NCBI GenBank assembly: GCA_016793095.1
Contig: JAEUJQ010000037.1
Coordinates: 76,244 to 140,243 of the forward strand
From: Myxococcaceae bacterium
GTDB lineage: Bacteria > Myxococcota > Myxococcia > Myxococcales > Myxococcaceae
Reading direction: 5' to 3'
Length of the DNA: 64,000 nucleotides
The translations under genes and the position numbers were made by a program. Position 1 is the stretch's first letter. Every line of letters begins with the position of its first letter. The notes beneath the pieces were generated by a model. The model searched no databases, had not been told where the DNA came from, and saw nothing but the letters and a program-made list of their open reading frames with translations. Below are positions 27,653 to 37,799 of the stretch, one piece after another.

Positions 27653-29431
27653 CTACAGGCGCAGCTTCTTCACCGTCGTCTGGCCGGCCTTGATCTCCAC
27701 CTCGATGGAGCTGTCGAGGCCCGCCTCGGAGTTGGTCAGCTTGAGCAGGTGAGTCCCGACGGGCACCGGCACGTCCACCAGCGGCGTGTCGCCCAGCTTC
27801 TTGCCTCCGAGGAACACGCTCGTCCACGGCGTCGTCTTGAGCGTGAGCTTGCCCAGCTGCTTCGGCTTCACCGCGACGGTCTTCGGCTTCTCGGCGCTGG
27901 TGTCGGCGACGGGCGGCGGCGATGGAGCCAGCGCCACCTCGACCATCAAGCGCTCCCCGGGCTTCGGCAACGGTACGGTGCGTGACGCTGGCAGGTGTCC
28001 CTCGAGGGTGGCCTCGAGCAGGTGGTCGCCCGGCGTGAGCGAGTCCAGGGTGACGGGCGCGGTGCCCACGCTCTTCCCGTCGACGGTGATGCTGGCCCCT
28101 GGCGGCGAGCTGCTGATGACGAGGACGGGCGGAGCCGGTGGAGGCGGCGTCGGCGCGACGATGGGCTGCACGACCGGGGGTGGAGGCGCCGGGTTTCGGG
28201 CAGCCAACAACGCGAAGGTCAGCACCGCGATGACGATGGACCCCACCGCGCCACCGACGAAGACCGGCACCATCGAGCGACGTCCGCCGGTGACCGGCTC
28301 AGCGCGGCTCTTCGAGGTGACGCCCGAGCCCGCCGACTGCGCGAGCCGCCGCACGTTGGCGACGCCGTTGGGGGTCATCTCGGCCCGCATCGCCGCCTCG
28401 ATGAGCTGCCGTCGGTCGTGAATGCGCCGGGCGAACAGCGCGCGCAGGTAGTCGGCGAGGTCGCTCGTCGTGACCGTGAGGCCTCGGCGGCCGAGCCAGC
28501 CCTCGAGCGCGTCCTGAAGCTCGCGGGCGCTCTGGTAGCGCTCCTCCTTCCGCGGAGCCATCGCCTTCAAGACGATCTGCTCGAGCTCGGGGTCGAGGTC
28601 GGCGCGACGGTCACGCGGCTTCGGCAGGTTTCCGTGCGCGATGGCGCCGAGCACCTGGGTGTCTTCCATCTGGGGGAAGAGCCGGCCACGCGTCACCAGC
28701 TCGAAGAGCACGATGCCGAGCGCGAAGACGTCGCTGCGGGCGTCGAGCTGCTCGCCCCTCGCCTGCTCGGGCGACATGTAGCCGAGCTTGCCCTTCAGCT
28801 TGCCCGAGGTGGTGTGCTGGCTCGCGAGCTTCGCCACCCCGAAGTCGAGCACCTTGAGCCCGCCGTCGAAGGTGGCGAACAGGTTCTGCGGCGAGATGTC
28901 GCGGTGAACGATGCCGAGCGTCCTGCCATCGACGCCCACGCGGGTGTGTGCGTAGTGCAGCCCGTCGGCGGCCCAGGCCACCATCCGCACGGCGTGGTGG
29001 TCGAGCAGCGGGAGCTGGTGCTTGATGCCCATGCGCCGCACGACCGCCAGGTTCTCGCCGTCGAGGTACTCCATGACGAGGTAGAGCGACTGGCCGGCCT
29101 CGCCGAGATCGAAGATCTGCACGACGTGCGGGTGGTTGAGCTGCGCCGCCAGCCGCGCCTCGGTGAGGAACATGTCCACGTGCTCGGGGTCCGACTCGAG
29201 CGCGTCAATCATGCGCTTGATGACGACCAGCCGCTCGAAGCCCTTGGGGCCCGACTGCCGCGCGAGCCAGATCTCAGCCATGCCTCCCTGGGCGATCGGC
29301 GTCATCAACAGGTACGAGCCGACCGTCGTCCCGGGCTCCCAGCCGGAACGTGTCTCGGGAAGGCTCACGCTGCTCTCTCGTGCGAAGGGCGCTGCATCGC
29401 GGGTAGGTGAGTGTGGTGGCGGGGCACTCAC
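27653..29431 (-). CDS. Ser/Thr protein kinase with TM segment and C-terminal PEGA domains
   Basis: Hanks kinase motifs (GGMAEIW, VVIKRM, HRDISPQN, DFG, GKLGYMSPE). One TM helix. Two PEGA-like repeats. GTG start. Confidence 0.9.
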   Translation of the reverse strand: MSAPPPHSPTRDAAPFARESSVSLPETRSGWEPGTTVGSYLLMTPIAQGGMAEIWLARQSGPKGFERLVVIKRMIDALESDPEHVDMFLTEARLAAQLNHPHVVQIFDLGEAGQSLYLVMEYLDGENLAVVRRMGIKHQLPLLDHHAVRMVAWAADGLHYAHTRVGVDGRTLGIVHRDISPQNLFATFDGGLKVLDFGVAKLASQHTTSGKLKGKLGYMSPEQARGEQLDARSDVFALGIVLFELVTRGRLFPQMEDTQVLGAIAHGNLPKPRDRRADLDPELEQIVLKAMAPRKEERYQSARELQDALEGWLGRRGLTVTTSDLADYLRALFARRIHDRRQLIEAAMRAEMTPNGVANVRRLAQSAGSGVTSKSRAEPVTGGRRSMVPVFVGGAVGSIVIAVLTFALLAARNPAPPPPVVQPIVAPTPPPPAPPVLVISSSPPGASITVDGKSVGTAPVTLDSLTPGDHLLEATLEGHLPASRTVPLPKPGERLMVEVALAPSPPPVADTSAEKPKTVAVKPKQLGKLTLKTTPWTSVFLGGKKLGDTPLVDVPVPVGTHLLKLTNSEAGLDSSIEVEIKAGQTTVKKLRL

Positions 29432-29507
29432 CAGTCAAACGATCATCTCGTCACAATCCACGCGAGTGCTTCACGGCCCGCCGACACGGTTGATCTATGG
29501 TCATGAC

Positions 29508-30545
29508 ATGCGCGTGCTCGCGGTGACTGCGGCGGTGGTGGCGTTTTGGGTCGCCGCCGCCGCTCCCAACCCGAAGATCGGTGAGGGCCGCAAGCTGCTC
29601 GAAGACCTCGAGCTGGAGAAGGCGGCTCGCACGCTGGCGGCGGCCGAGTCGCAAGCTGGCAACGACCGCGCGCAGGTGCTCGAGATCCTCGAGCTGCAGG
29701 CAGTGGTGTACGGCACGATGAACAAGGAGGCGAAGGCCCGCGACGCGTTCCGCGAGCTGTTGACGCTCAACCCGGGCTTCAAGCTCCCGCCCGAGCACCC
29801 GCCGCGCGTGCGGACGCCGTTCTACGAAGCGAAGGAGTGGGTCGCGCAGAACGAGCCCCTGAAGCTCGAGCAGACCGCGACCACCGAGGCCGGCGTCACC
29901 ACGCTCACGCTCTCGGTGAAGAAGGACCTCCTGCGGCTCGTGAAGAAGGCGCGCTTCGTCTTGACGGACGGGCCGGCGCCCCAGGTTCGTGAGGCGGCGC
30001 TCGAGGCTGGCCTCGCGAAGACGACGGTGGAGGCTCCGAAGCTCGGGTGGACGATTCAGGTGCTGGGCGCCCGCGACGCCATCGTCATCGAGCTGGGGCC
30101 CTTCACGCACGAGGTGCCCACCGGCGCTCCGGTGTCGGTCGAGCAGACGAGGGCAGAGGGGAACGAGGGGGTTTCCACGGCCGCGTCCGCCCCGGCCTCG
30201 CCGTCGCCGCTGAGGCCTGTCGGGTACGCGCTCTTCGGAGCGGGGGTGGTCGCCGCAGGAGTCGGGGTGGTCTTCGGAGTGCTCGCGAACGGCGCGAGGG
30301 CGCGGGTGACCGGAGCGACGCAGGACGGGCAGGGGCTCATCACGTCGCTGACGCAACGGCAGGCGCAGACCCTGGAGCAGCAGGCGCGCTCGCAGGCGGT
30401 GCTCGCGAACGTGCTCTTCGGGGTCGGCGGGGCGCTCGCGGCCGCTGGCGTCGTGCTCTTCTTCGTGGGTGCGCCCACGTCGGAGGCTCCCGTGTCGCTG
30501 ACCATCGCGCCCGGCGGAGTCGTGGTGACCGGAGCGTTCCCATGA
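29508..30545 (+). CDS. Secreted TPR-like protein with C-terminal membrane anchor
   Basis: Signal peptide MRVLAVTAAVVAFWVAAAA. Helical TPR-like N-terminal region. C-terminal TM (VLFGVGGALAAAGVVLFFV). Its stop overlaps the next start. Confidence 0.65.
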   Translation: MRVLAVTAAVVAFWVAAAAPNPKIGEGRKLLEDLELEKAARTLAAAESQAGNDRAQVLEILELQAVVYGTMNKEAKARDAFRELLTLNPGFKLPPEHPPRVRTPFYEAKEWVAQNEPLKLEQTATTEAGVTTLTLSVKKDLLRLVKKARFVLTDGPAPQVREAALEAGLAKTTVEAPKLGWTIQVLGARDAIVIELGPFTHEVPTGAPVSVEQTRAEGNEGVSTAASAPASPSPLRPVGYALFGAGVVAAGVGVVFGVLANGARARVTGATQDGQGLITSLTQRQAQTLEQQARSQAVLANVLFGVGGALAAAGVVLFFVGAPTSEAPVSLTIAPGGVVVTGAFP

Positions 30546-32848
30546 AGGTCACCCTGCGCGCCACTCCACCCCTGCTCCTCGTCGCGTTCATCGCCTGCGA
30601 CAGCGGTCCCCTGGGCGTCGACCAGCGTCGCTTCAGTTGTCGGAGCGACGAGGACTGCATCGACGGCTTCGTCTGCGCGGACCGTGGCGACGGGCGGGAG
30701 TGCGTCCAGAGCGCAGCGGCCGGCGGCGGTACCACGGCAGGGGGCGGTGGAGGAAGCAGCGCAGGTGGAGACGCGGGAGGCAGCGCGGGCGGAGACGCAG
30801 GAGGCAGCGCGGGCGGAATCGCAGGAGGCAGCGCGGGCGGGGACGCAGGAGGCAGCGCGGGCGGGGACGCAGGAGGCAGCGCGGGCGGAGACGCAGGAGG
30901 CAGCGCGGGCGGCTCCGCAGGTGGCTCTGCAGGTGGCGGCGCGGGTGGCAGCGCGGGTGGCTCCGCAGGTGGCAGCGCGGGTGGCTCCGCAGGTGGCAGC
31001 AGCGCGGGCGGCTCCGCAGGTGGCAGCAGCGCGGGCGGCTCCGCAGGTGGCAGCGCGGGCGGCTCCGCAGGTGGCAGCGCGGGCGGCTCCGCAGGTGGCG
31101 CAGTCGGTCCGCCGACGCAGCTCGTCTTCTCGAATACGGCGCGGACCTTCCCGATCGCGACCTGCTCACCAGCCATCACCCTCGAGACGCGCGACGCGAT
31201 GGGTCGGGCGAGCCCGGTCAGCGCCGCCACCACCGTGACGCTCACCATCTCCTCGTCCGTGTCGCTGTACCTCTCGGCGAGCTGCGCCGGCTCGCCCCTT
31301 CCGACGATGCCGAGCCTCACCGTCTCGCTGACGGCGGGGAGCTCCCAGACGACGTTCTATGCGCGCGGCAGCTCGCCGGGCACCTTCGCGCTCACGGCGA
31401 CCGCGCCCACCTTCACGCCCGTGATGCAGAACGTCACGCTGCTCAACGGCCCCGACACGCTCGTCTTCACCAACGCGCCGCCTTCACCTCACCGCGCGGG
31501 TGACTGCTTCCCGCTCAGCTACCAGACCCAGCGCACGGGCAGCGCGAACCCGGTCGCGTCGAACACGAGCGTCGCCTTCGGCGTGAGCCCCAGCGGCGCC
31601 GCCCGCTACTACTCGGACGCGACCTGCACGACGCTCACCTCGTCGCAGATCATCCCCGGGGGCACGTCGACGGGCACCGTCTTCGTCCGCGTCTTGACGG
31701 GCGGGACGCCGGTGACGCTCCAGGCGAACGCGGGGCTCTTCACGCCGGCGTCTCGCGTGACGACGGCGCTGCCGATGGTGCGGCGTGGCGCGTGCACGTT
31801 CCCAGCCCAGTCCTGGATTGAACTCGACGGTGGCGTGGATGCTGGAGCCCTCGACGGCGGGGTGAGCCAGACGCTCAACCTCAACTGCGGGTTGTCGCCG
31901 TTGCCTGTCGATCTCACGAACACGATGCTCTTCATCCAGTCCTCGACGTCGGGGCCGTTCAGCGACGCGCTGATCAGGTGCCGACTCGGCGCCACGCCAG
32001 GTGACAGCCTGCGCTGCGTCCGCCGTGCTGGTGAAGCGGGCGCGTCGGTGAACTGGCAGGTCGTCGAGGTGCCCATGGGCGTTCGGGTGGCGACAGCCTC
32101 ATCCTCCAGCTGCCCGAGCGCCGTGACGTTGTCGGCGATGGTGGACCCCGCGAAGGCGTTCTTGTTGAAGACCCAGGCCAACTCCTCGACGGCGTTCGAT
32201 GATGAGGACCTCGTCGTGCTGACGCTGACCGGGCCGACGTCGGTGTCCCTGTCGCGGACGGACTGCCAGGGCATCGATGTGCAGGCCGTCGAATGGGAAG
32301 GCGTGACCGTGACGCGCGGCGTGCTCGACGGTGGGCTCGCGGCGCAGCGGACCTCCGGTTCGATTCTGGGGCTCACTCCCGCGACGACGCAGCGCGCGCT
32401 GCTGGCGCAGCCGGGCACGATGACGAACGGAGACCTGCCGATGTGCGGGGTTCTGGCGCGCGCGACGGCCCCTGGACCCGGCGAGGTCGCGTTCACGAGG
32501 GCCATGGGTGACGGTGGCTGCAGCACCAACGCGCTCGACCGCGTCGAGTTCGAGCGGCTCGACTTCGGCTCACGCGCCACCGTGCAGGAGCGCACGCTGA
32601 CCTTCAACCCGACCGTCAGCAACCTGGTCTCGACCATCACCGCCGTCGACCCCACCAGGACCTTCATCTTCGCGAGCAACCAGGGCGCCTTCGGGCAGAG
32701 CCTGGGAGAGACGTCGTCCCCCGTCTTCGCGTCGCCGCACGAGGCGACGTTCAGCTTCGATCTGACGACCCCGACGACGGTGACGGTGCGCCGGCCGAGG
32801 TCGGCCTCGACGGCGGCCGTGACCTTCTACGTCGTGCAGCTCGAGTAG
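30542..32848 (+). CDS. Lipoprotein with Cys-rich head and a long Gly/Ser/Ala/Asp repeat linker (768 aa)
   Basis: ATGA overlap with the upstream gene. LLLVAFIACDSG lipobox. About 115-aa (GGSAGGD)n/(GGSAGGSA)n tract encoded by tandem 21/24-bp DNA repeats. Beta-rich C-terminal region. Confidence 0.75.
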   Translation: MKVTLRATPPLLLVAFIACDSGPLGVDQRRFSCRSDEDCIDGFVCADRGDGRECVQSAAAGGGTTAGGGGGSSAGGDAGGSAGGDAGGSAGGIAGGSAGGDAGGSAGGDAGGSAGGDAGGSAGGSAGGSAGGGAGGSAGGSAGGSAGGSAGGSSAGGSAGGSSAGGSAGGSAGGSAGGSAGGSAGGAVGPPTQLVFSNTARTFPIATCSPAITLETRDAMGRASPVSAATTVTLTISSSVSLYLSASCAGSPLPTMPSLTVSLTAGSSQTTFYARGSSPGTFALTATAPTFTPVMQNVTLLNGPDTLVFTNAPPSPHRAGDCFPLSYQTQRTGSANPVASNTSVAFGVSPSGAARYYSDATCTTLTSSQIIPGGTSTGTVFVRVLTGGTPVTLQANAGLFTPASRVTTALPMVRRGACTFPAQSWIELDGGVDAGALDGGVSQTLNLNCGLSPLPVDLTNTMLFIQSSTSGPFSDALIRCRLGATPGDSLRCVRRAGEAGASVNWQVVEVPMGVRVATASSSSCPSAVTLSAMVDPAKAFLLKTQANSSTAFDDEDLVVLTLTGPTSVSLSRTDCQGIDVQAVEWEGVTVTRGVLDGGLAAQRTSGSILGLTPATTQRALLAQPGTMTNGDLPMCGVLARATAPGPGEVAFTRAMGDGGCSTNALDRVEFERLDFGSRATVQERTLTFNPTVSNLVSTITAVDPTRTFIFASNQGAFGQSLGETSSPVFASPHEATFSFDLTTPTTVTVRRPRSASTAAVTFYVVQLE
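30755..31106. repeat. In-frame tandem repeats (about 7 x 21 bp, then about 8 x 24 bp) encoding a Gly/Ser/Ala linker
   Basis: Direct reading: gcaggaggcagcgcgggcggagac units followed by ggctccgcaggtggcagcgcgggt units. Confidence 0.9.
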
Positions 32849-32949
32849 CGCCCGGGCCGTCGGGCAGCACGAGCGAGATTGCTGCTCGTCGTGCTCGACA
32901 GGCCGCCTCGCTGCGGCTTTGGTCTGCCCTCACCAACCCTGGAGGGGAC

Positions 32950-34617
32950 ATGACCCGACTGATGCTCGACTACCTCTACGACCACGAGTCCACCCGCGCC
33001 CAGCAGGTGTACCTGACCCAACCCCTCGGCGGCGGACAGGCGAGGGACTACACGTGGGCCCAGGTGATGAGCGAGGCGCGCAAGATGGCCGCGCACCTGC
33101 GCACGCTGGGCCTCTCGCCCGGCGACAAGGTGGCCATGCTGTCGAAGAACTGCGCCCACTTCTTCATCGCTGAGATCGCCATCTGGATGGCGGGCTACAC
33201 GACGGTCGCCATCTTCCCCACCGAGGGCCCGGACACCATCCGCTTCGTGCTCGAGCACTCGGACTCGAAGGTCCTCTTCGTCGGCAAGCTCGACAACTGG
33301 GCCTCGCAGGCGCCAGGCGTTCCCGCGCACCTCAAGCGCATCGCCTTCCCGCTCGGCCCGAAGAGCGACGACGCCGGCGACAAGTGGGACGACCTCGTGG
33401 CGAAGACCGCGCCGCTCGACGGCAAGCCAGCGCGTGACCCGAAGGACCTCGCGATGATCATCTACACCTCGGGCTCCACCGGGCAGCCCAAGGGCGTGAT
33501 GCACAGCTTCGAGCGCGCGACCGAGGCGACCCGACGCATCGTCGAGCGCATCAAGCTGGGCGACGGCGACCGGGCGCTCTCGTACCTGCCCCTCGCGCAC
33601 ATCTTCGAGCGCGCGTACATCGAGTGCGCGTCGATGCTGACCGGCGGCGCCCACATCTTCTTCGCCGAGTCGCTCGAGACCTTCGTCGCCGACCTCAAGC
33701 GCGCGCACCCGACGCTCTTCCTCTCGGTGCCCCGTCTCTGGCTCAAGTTCCAGCAGGGCGTCTTCACCAAGCTGCCCCCACAGCGCCTCGACCTCTTGCT
33801 CAAGCTGCCCATCATCAAGGGCCTCATCTCGAAGAAGGTCCTCACGGGCCTGGGCCTCGACGCCGTGCGCCTCGCTGGCAGCGGGTCGGCGCCCATTCCT
33901 GCCGAGCTCATCGCCTGGTACCGCCGCCTCGGCCTCAACCTGCTCGAGGGGTACGCGATGACCGAAGACTTCGCGGTCTCGCACCTGTCCACCGAGACGT
34001 TGAACGCGCCGGGCTACGTGGGCGTGCCGTACCCGGGCGTCGACGTGAAGATCACCGAAGAGGGAGAGGTGCTCATCAAGTCGCCGGGCACGATGGTGGG
34101 CTACTACAAGCGGCCCGATCTCGACGCCGAGGCCTTCTCCGCTGACGGCTTCTTCCGCACCGGTGACAAGGGCGAGCGACGCCCTGACGGCCTGCTCAAG
34201 CTGACCGGCCGCGTGAAGGAGCTCTTCAAGACGGCCAAGGGCAAGTACGTGTCGCCGGCGCCCATCGAGAACAAGCTGAACGAGCACGCGCTCATCGAGC
34301 TGTCGTGCGTGTCGGGGGTTGGCCAGCCGTCGGCCTTCGCGATGGTGGTGCTGGCCGAGGACATCCGCAAGACGCAGACGAGCCCCGAGACGCGCGCGCG
34401 GGTCGAGAAGGAGCTGGGCGAGTGGCTCAAGCAGGTGAACGCGGGGCTGTCGGCCTACGAGCAGCTGCAGATGCTCATCGTGATGCCGGGGCCATGGACC
34501 ATCGAAGAGGGCACGCTCACGCCGACGATGAAGCTCAAGCGCGCGAAGATCGAGGCGCTCATCGGGCCGAAGCAGGAAGGCTGGTTCGCCAACTCCGCGC
34601 CCGTGCAGTGGGCGTGA
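32950..34617 (+). CDS. AMP-dependent synthetase/ligase (long-chain acyl-CoA synthetase-like)
   Basis: YTSGSTGQPKGV, GYAMTE and LTPTMKLKR motifs. GGAGGGG RBS. Confidence 0.9.
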   Translation: MTRLMLDYLYDHESTRAQQVYLTQPLGGGQARDYTWAQVMSEARKMAAHLRTLGLSPGDKVAMLSKNCAHFFIAEIAIWMAGYTTVAIFPTEGPDTIRFVLEHSDSKVLFVGKLDNWASQAPGVPAHLKRIAFPLGPKSDDAGDKWDDLVAKTAPLDGKPARDPKDLAMIIYTSGSTGQPKGVMHSFERATEATRRIVERIKLGDGDRALSYLPLAHIFERAYIECASMLTGGAHIFFAESLETFVADLKRAHPTLFLSVPRLWLKFQQGVFTKLPPQRLDLLLKLPIIKGLISKKVLTGLGLDAVRLAGSGSAPIPAELIAWYRRLGLNLLEGYAMTEDFAVSHLSTETLNAPGYVGVPYPGVDVKITEEGEVLIKSPGTMVGYYKRPDLDAEAFSADGFFRTGDKGERRPDGLLKLTGRVKELFKTAKGKYVSPAPIENKLNEHALIELSCVSGVGQPSAFAMVVLAEDIRKTQTSPETRARVEKELGEWLKQVNAGLSAYEQLQMLIVMPGPWTIEEGTLTPTMKLKRAKIEALIGPKQEGWFANSAPVQWA

Positions 34618-34633
34618 GCTGACAGGAGCCCCC

Positions 34634-37600
34634 ATGCCGCTGCGCTCGCGGGTCGCCGCGCTGCTCTTCTTCTCGGGCGCGTGCGCCCTCGTCTACCAGG
34701 TGGCATGGCTCCGCGAGCTCCGGCTCATCTTCGGGGCCTCGACCGCGGCGTCGGCGGCGGTGCTCGCCATCTTCATGGGCGGGCTCGGCCTCGGCGGCGC
34801 GCTGCTGGGCCGGCGGGTGGACGCGAACCCGCAACCCCTGCGGCTGTACGCGAAGCTCGAGCTCGCGGTGGCCGGCGTGACGCTGGTGACGCCGGTGCTG
34901 GTGGGGCTCGCGCGCGCCGTCTACATCGCGGTGGGCGGCGCGGCGACGCTGGGCGACGTGGGCGCGACGCTGGCGCGGCTCGTGCTCGCGGTGCTGGTGC
35001 TGGGGGCGCCGACGTTCCTGATGGGGGGCACGCTGCCGGCTGCCGCGCGCGCCATCGAGACCGCTGGCGACAAGGGGCGCAGCGGCGTGGCGACGCTCTA
35101 CGGCGTCAACACCTTCGGCGCGGTGACGGGCGCGGTGCTGGCCAACTTCGTGCTCATCGAGGCGCTGGGGACCCGCCAGACGCTCTTCTTCGCGTGCGTC
35201 GTCAACGCCGTGGTGGCTGGCGTCGCCTGGCGCCTGTCGCAGGGCCTGGGCGCGGCCTCGAAGAGCGGGGCTCAGCCCGAGCAGGAAGACGACGTGGCCC
35301 CCTCGGCGCCGCCGCGCTTCGTCCTCGTCTCTGCGGGTGTCGTGGGCTTCGCCTTCTTCCTGATGGAGCTCGTCTGGTACCGCATGCTCGGGCCGCTCCT
35401 GGGCGGCAGCTCGTACACCTTCGGCCTCATCCTCGCGGTGGCGCTCGTCGGCATCGCGGTGGGTGGCGTGCTCTTCGCGGCAATGGGGCGGCAGCGCGCG
35501 CCCACCCTCACCTCGTTCGCCCTCACCTGCGCGGTCGAAGCGGCGCTCGTCATCATCCCCTTCGCGCTCGGGGACGAGGTGGCGCTGCTGGCGCTCTTCC
35601 TTCGCCCGCTGCGGGGCTTCGGCTTCCTGGGGCTCGTCGCGGCCTGGAGCGTGGTGGCGGCGCTGGTGGTGCTGCCGGCCGCCATCGTGTCGGGCTACCA
35701 GTTCCCGATGCTCATCGCGCTGCTGGGCAGCGGGAAGAAGAACGTCGGGCGCCACATCGGCAACGCGTACGCCGCGAACACCGTGGGCGCCATCGCCGGC
35801 TCACTGGCGGGGGGCTTCGGGTTGCTGCCGTTGCTCGGCGCCACGGGCTCGTGGCGGCTCGTGGCGGCGGTGCTGGCCGCGCTGGGCGCGAGCGCGGTGG
35901 GGCTGGCCCTTCGCGCGAAGACGCCCGTGCGTGCGTTCCTGGCCCCGGTGGCGTTCACCGCGGTGTCCGTCGCGCTGCTCTTCGCGACCGGTCCCACGGC
36001 GGCCTGGCGCCACAGCCCCATCGGGGTGGGCCGCGCCGACGACATCATCGCCCGGCCGTCCGAGGTCGCCGTCGAGAACTGGCTGCGCGCGTCGCGCGAC
36101 GGGATTCTGTGGGAGGCCGACGGGAGGGAGAGCTCGGTGGCCCTCAACGGCCGCCTCGGCATGGCCTTCATCGTGAACGGGAAGAACGACGGCAACGCGC
36201 GGAGCGACGCGGCGACGCAGGTCTTCTCGGGGTTGATGGGCGCGGCGCTCCACGCGGCGCCGAAGCGCGCGATGGTGGTCGGCCTCGGCACCGGCAGCAC
36301 CGCCGGGTGGCTCGGCGTCATCCCCGGCATGGAGTCAGTGGACGTGGTGGAGCTCGAGCCCGCCATCCTCCGCGTCGGCGATGACTGCACGCCGGTCAAC
36401 GCGGGGGTGATGAAGAACCCGAAGGTGCACCTGTCCATCGGCGACGCGCGCGAGGTGTTGCTCACCACGCGCGAGCAGTACGACATCGTCTTCTCGGAGC
36501 CGTCGAACCCGTATCGCGCCGGCATCTCGAGCCTCTACACGCGCGACTTCTACGAGGCGGTGAAGACGCGCCTGTCGTCGAAGGGCGTCTTCCTGCAGTG
36601 GCTGCAGGCCTACGAGGTTGACGCGACCGCGCTGCGCATCGCGATGACGACGCTCTCGAGCGTCTTCGCCCACGTCTCCGTGTGGACGACCCAGCAGGGC
36701 GACCTCATGCTCATCGCCACCGCCGAGCCGCTGACCATCGACGCACCCACCCTGCGCGCACGGCTCGAGACCGAGCCCTGGCGCAGCGCGATGGCGCACG
36801 TGTGGCGCGCGACCGGGCTCGAGACCTTCCTCGCGCACCACCTGGCCACGCCGCAGTTCACGAAAGGCATCGCGGACGAAGAGGGCCCGGGCCGCGTCAA
36901 CTCCGACGACCGCAACCTGCTCGAGTTCGCCTTCGCCGGCGCGGTGGGGCGGGGCGCGGGCTTCCCGGTCACCGACGTGTGGAACGCAGCGATGGCGAAG
37001 AAGGCCGACCGGCCCGCCGTCACCGGAGACGTCGATTGGGTGAAGGTGGCGGAGCGCCGCGCGCAGATCAGCCGGGTGCCGTTGCCGCGCGGCGTGTCGC
37101 TGAGCCCGCCCCGCGCCGCGATGCTGCGCGCCGTGTGGCGGCACGCGGCCGACGACCTGCAAGGCACGCTCGCTGCGCTCAAGAGCGACGAGGCCATCGG
37201 CTCCGAGACGCTGCTCGAGGCCGAGGCCGCGGCCGAGGCGTTCGCCGAGGTGGGCGACGCACGGGCGCTCACGCACCTCGAGCTGGTGCGCGCGCAGGAG
37301 CCGGTCGAGGCCGATGCGCTCGAGGCGCGCTACCTGCTGCGCAGCGGGAAGGCTGACGAGGCGTCGCAGAAGCTGGCCGCGGCGCTCGTCGCCTACCGGA
37401 GCGATCCGTGGCCACGCGCGCGGGTGATGTACCGGGCCATTCTGCTCGCCGGTGAGCTGGCCAACCTCGGTCCCCCGCACGCCGAGCGGCTCTTCGCGGC
37501 GCTCGAGAAGCCCTTCTCGGTGACGATGCACGACGGCGCGCGGCGCATGGCGCTGCTCGAGGTGGCGATGCGCCTCGACGGGACGAAGTGCGCGACCGCC

Positions 37601-37783
37601 GTCGCCCAGCTCGAGCCCCACTTCCCCTTCGAGCGCGGGCCGCTGGAGAAGCGCGTGGCGTGTCTCAAGCGCGGAGGAGCGGCCGCCGAGCTCGCCCGGG
37701 CCACCGCCGACCTGCAGCGCTTCGTCGCGGCCAGCCCCCCGCCCTTCGCGAGGTCGGGTGGAGGGACCGGCGACGGCGACTGA
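34634..37783 (+). CDS. Fused polytopic membrane (MFS-like) / spermidine-synthase-like aminopropyltransferase family protein (1049 aa)
   Basis: About 12 N-terminal TM helices. Spermidine-synthase-like GLGTGSTAGW and DIVFSEPSNP motifs. Long helical C-terminal tail. AGGAG RBS, 16 bp after the ligase gene. Confidence 0.85.
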   Translation: MPLRSRVAALLFFSGACALVYQVAWLRELRLIFGASTAASAAVLAIFMGGLGLGGALLGRRVDANPQPLRLYAKLELAVAGVTLVTPVLVGLARAVYIAVGGAATLGDVGATLARLVLAVLVLGAPTFLMGGTLPAAARAIETAGDKGRSGVATLYGVNTFGAVTGAVLANFVLIEALGTRQTLFFACVVNAVVAGVAWRLSQGLGAASKSGAQPEQEDDVAPSAPPRFVLVSAGVVGFAFFLMELVWYRMLGPLLGGSSYTFGLILAVALVGIAVGGVLFAAMGRQRAPTLTSFALTCAVEAALVIIPFALGDEVALLALFLRPLRGFGFLGLVAAWSVVAALVVLPAAIVSGYQFPMLIALLGSGKKNVGRHIGNAYAANTVGAIAGSLAGGFGLLPLLGATGSWRLVAAVLAALGASAVGLALRAKTPVRAFLAPVAFTAVSVALLFATGPTAAWRHSPIGVGRADDIIARPSEVAVENWLRASRDGILWEADGRESSVALNGRLGMAFIVNGKNDGNARSDAATQVFSGLMGAALHAAPKRAMVVGLGTGSTAGWLGVIPGMESVDVVELEPAILRVGDDCTPVNAGVMKNPKVHLSIGDAREVLLTTREQYDIVFSEPSNPYRAGISSLYTRDFYEAVKTRLSSKGVFLQWLQAYEVDATALRIAMTTLSSVFAHVSVWTTQQGDLMLIATAEPLTIDAPTLRARLETEPWRSAMAHVWRATGLETFLAHHLATPQFTKGIADEEGPGRVNSDDRNLLEFAFAGAVGRGAGFPVTDVWNAAMAKKADRPAVTGDVDWVKVAERRAQISRVPLPRGVSLSPPRAAMLRAVWRHAADDLQGTLAALKSDEAIGSETLLEAEAAAEAFAEVGDARALTHLELVRAQEPVEADALEARYLLRSGKADEASQKLAAALVAYRSDPWPRARVMYRAILLAGELANLGPPHAERLFAALEKPFSVTMHDGARRMALLEVAMRLDGTKCATAVAQLEPHFPFERGPLEKRVACLKRGGAAAELARATADLQRFVAASPPPFARSGGGTGDGD

Positions 37784-37799
37784 GCTATGACCAGGCTCC

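Noticed and set aside
30637-31503. Poly-Arg/Gln ORFs and CHLRSRPRC-repeat ORFs across the 21/24-bp repeat tract. Possible CRISPR-like regularity was also considered.
   Set aside because: The repeats are contiguous with no unique spacers and lie in frame within a lipoprotein gene. The other frames are repeat artefacts. It is not a CRISPR array.
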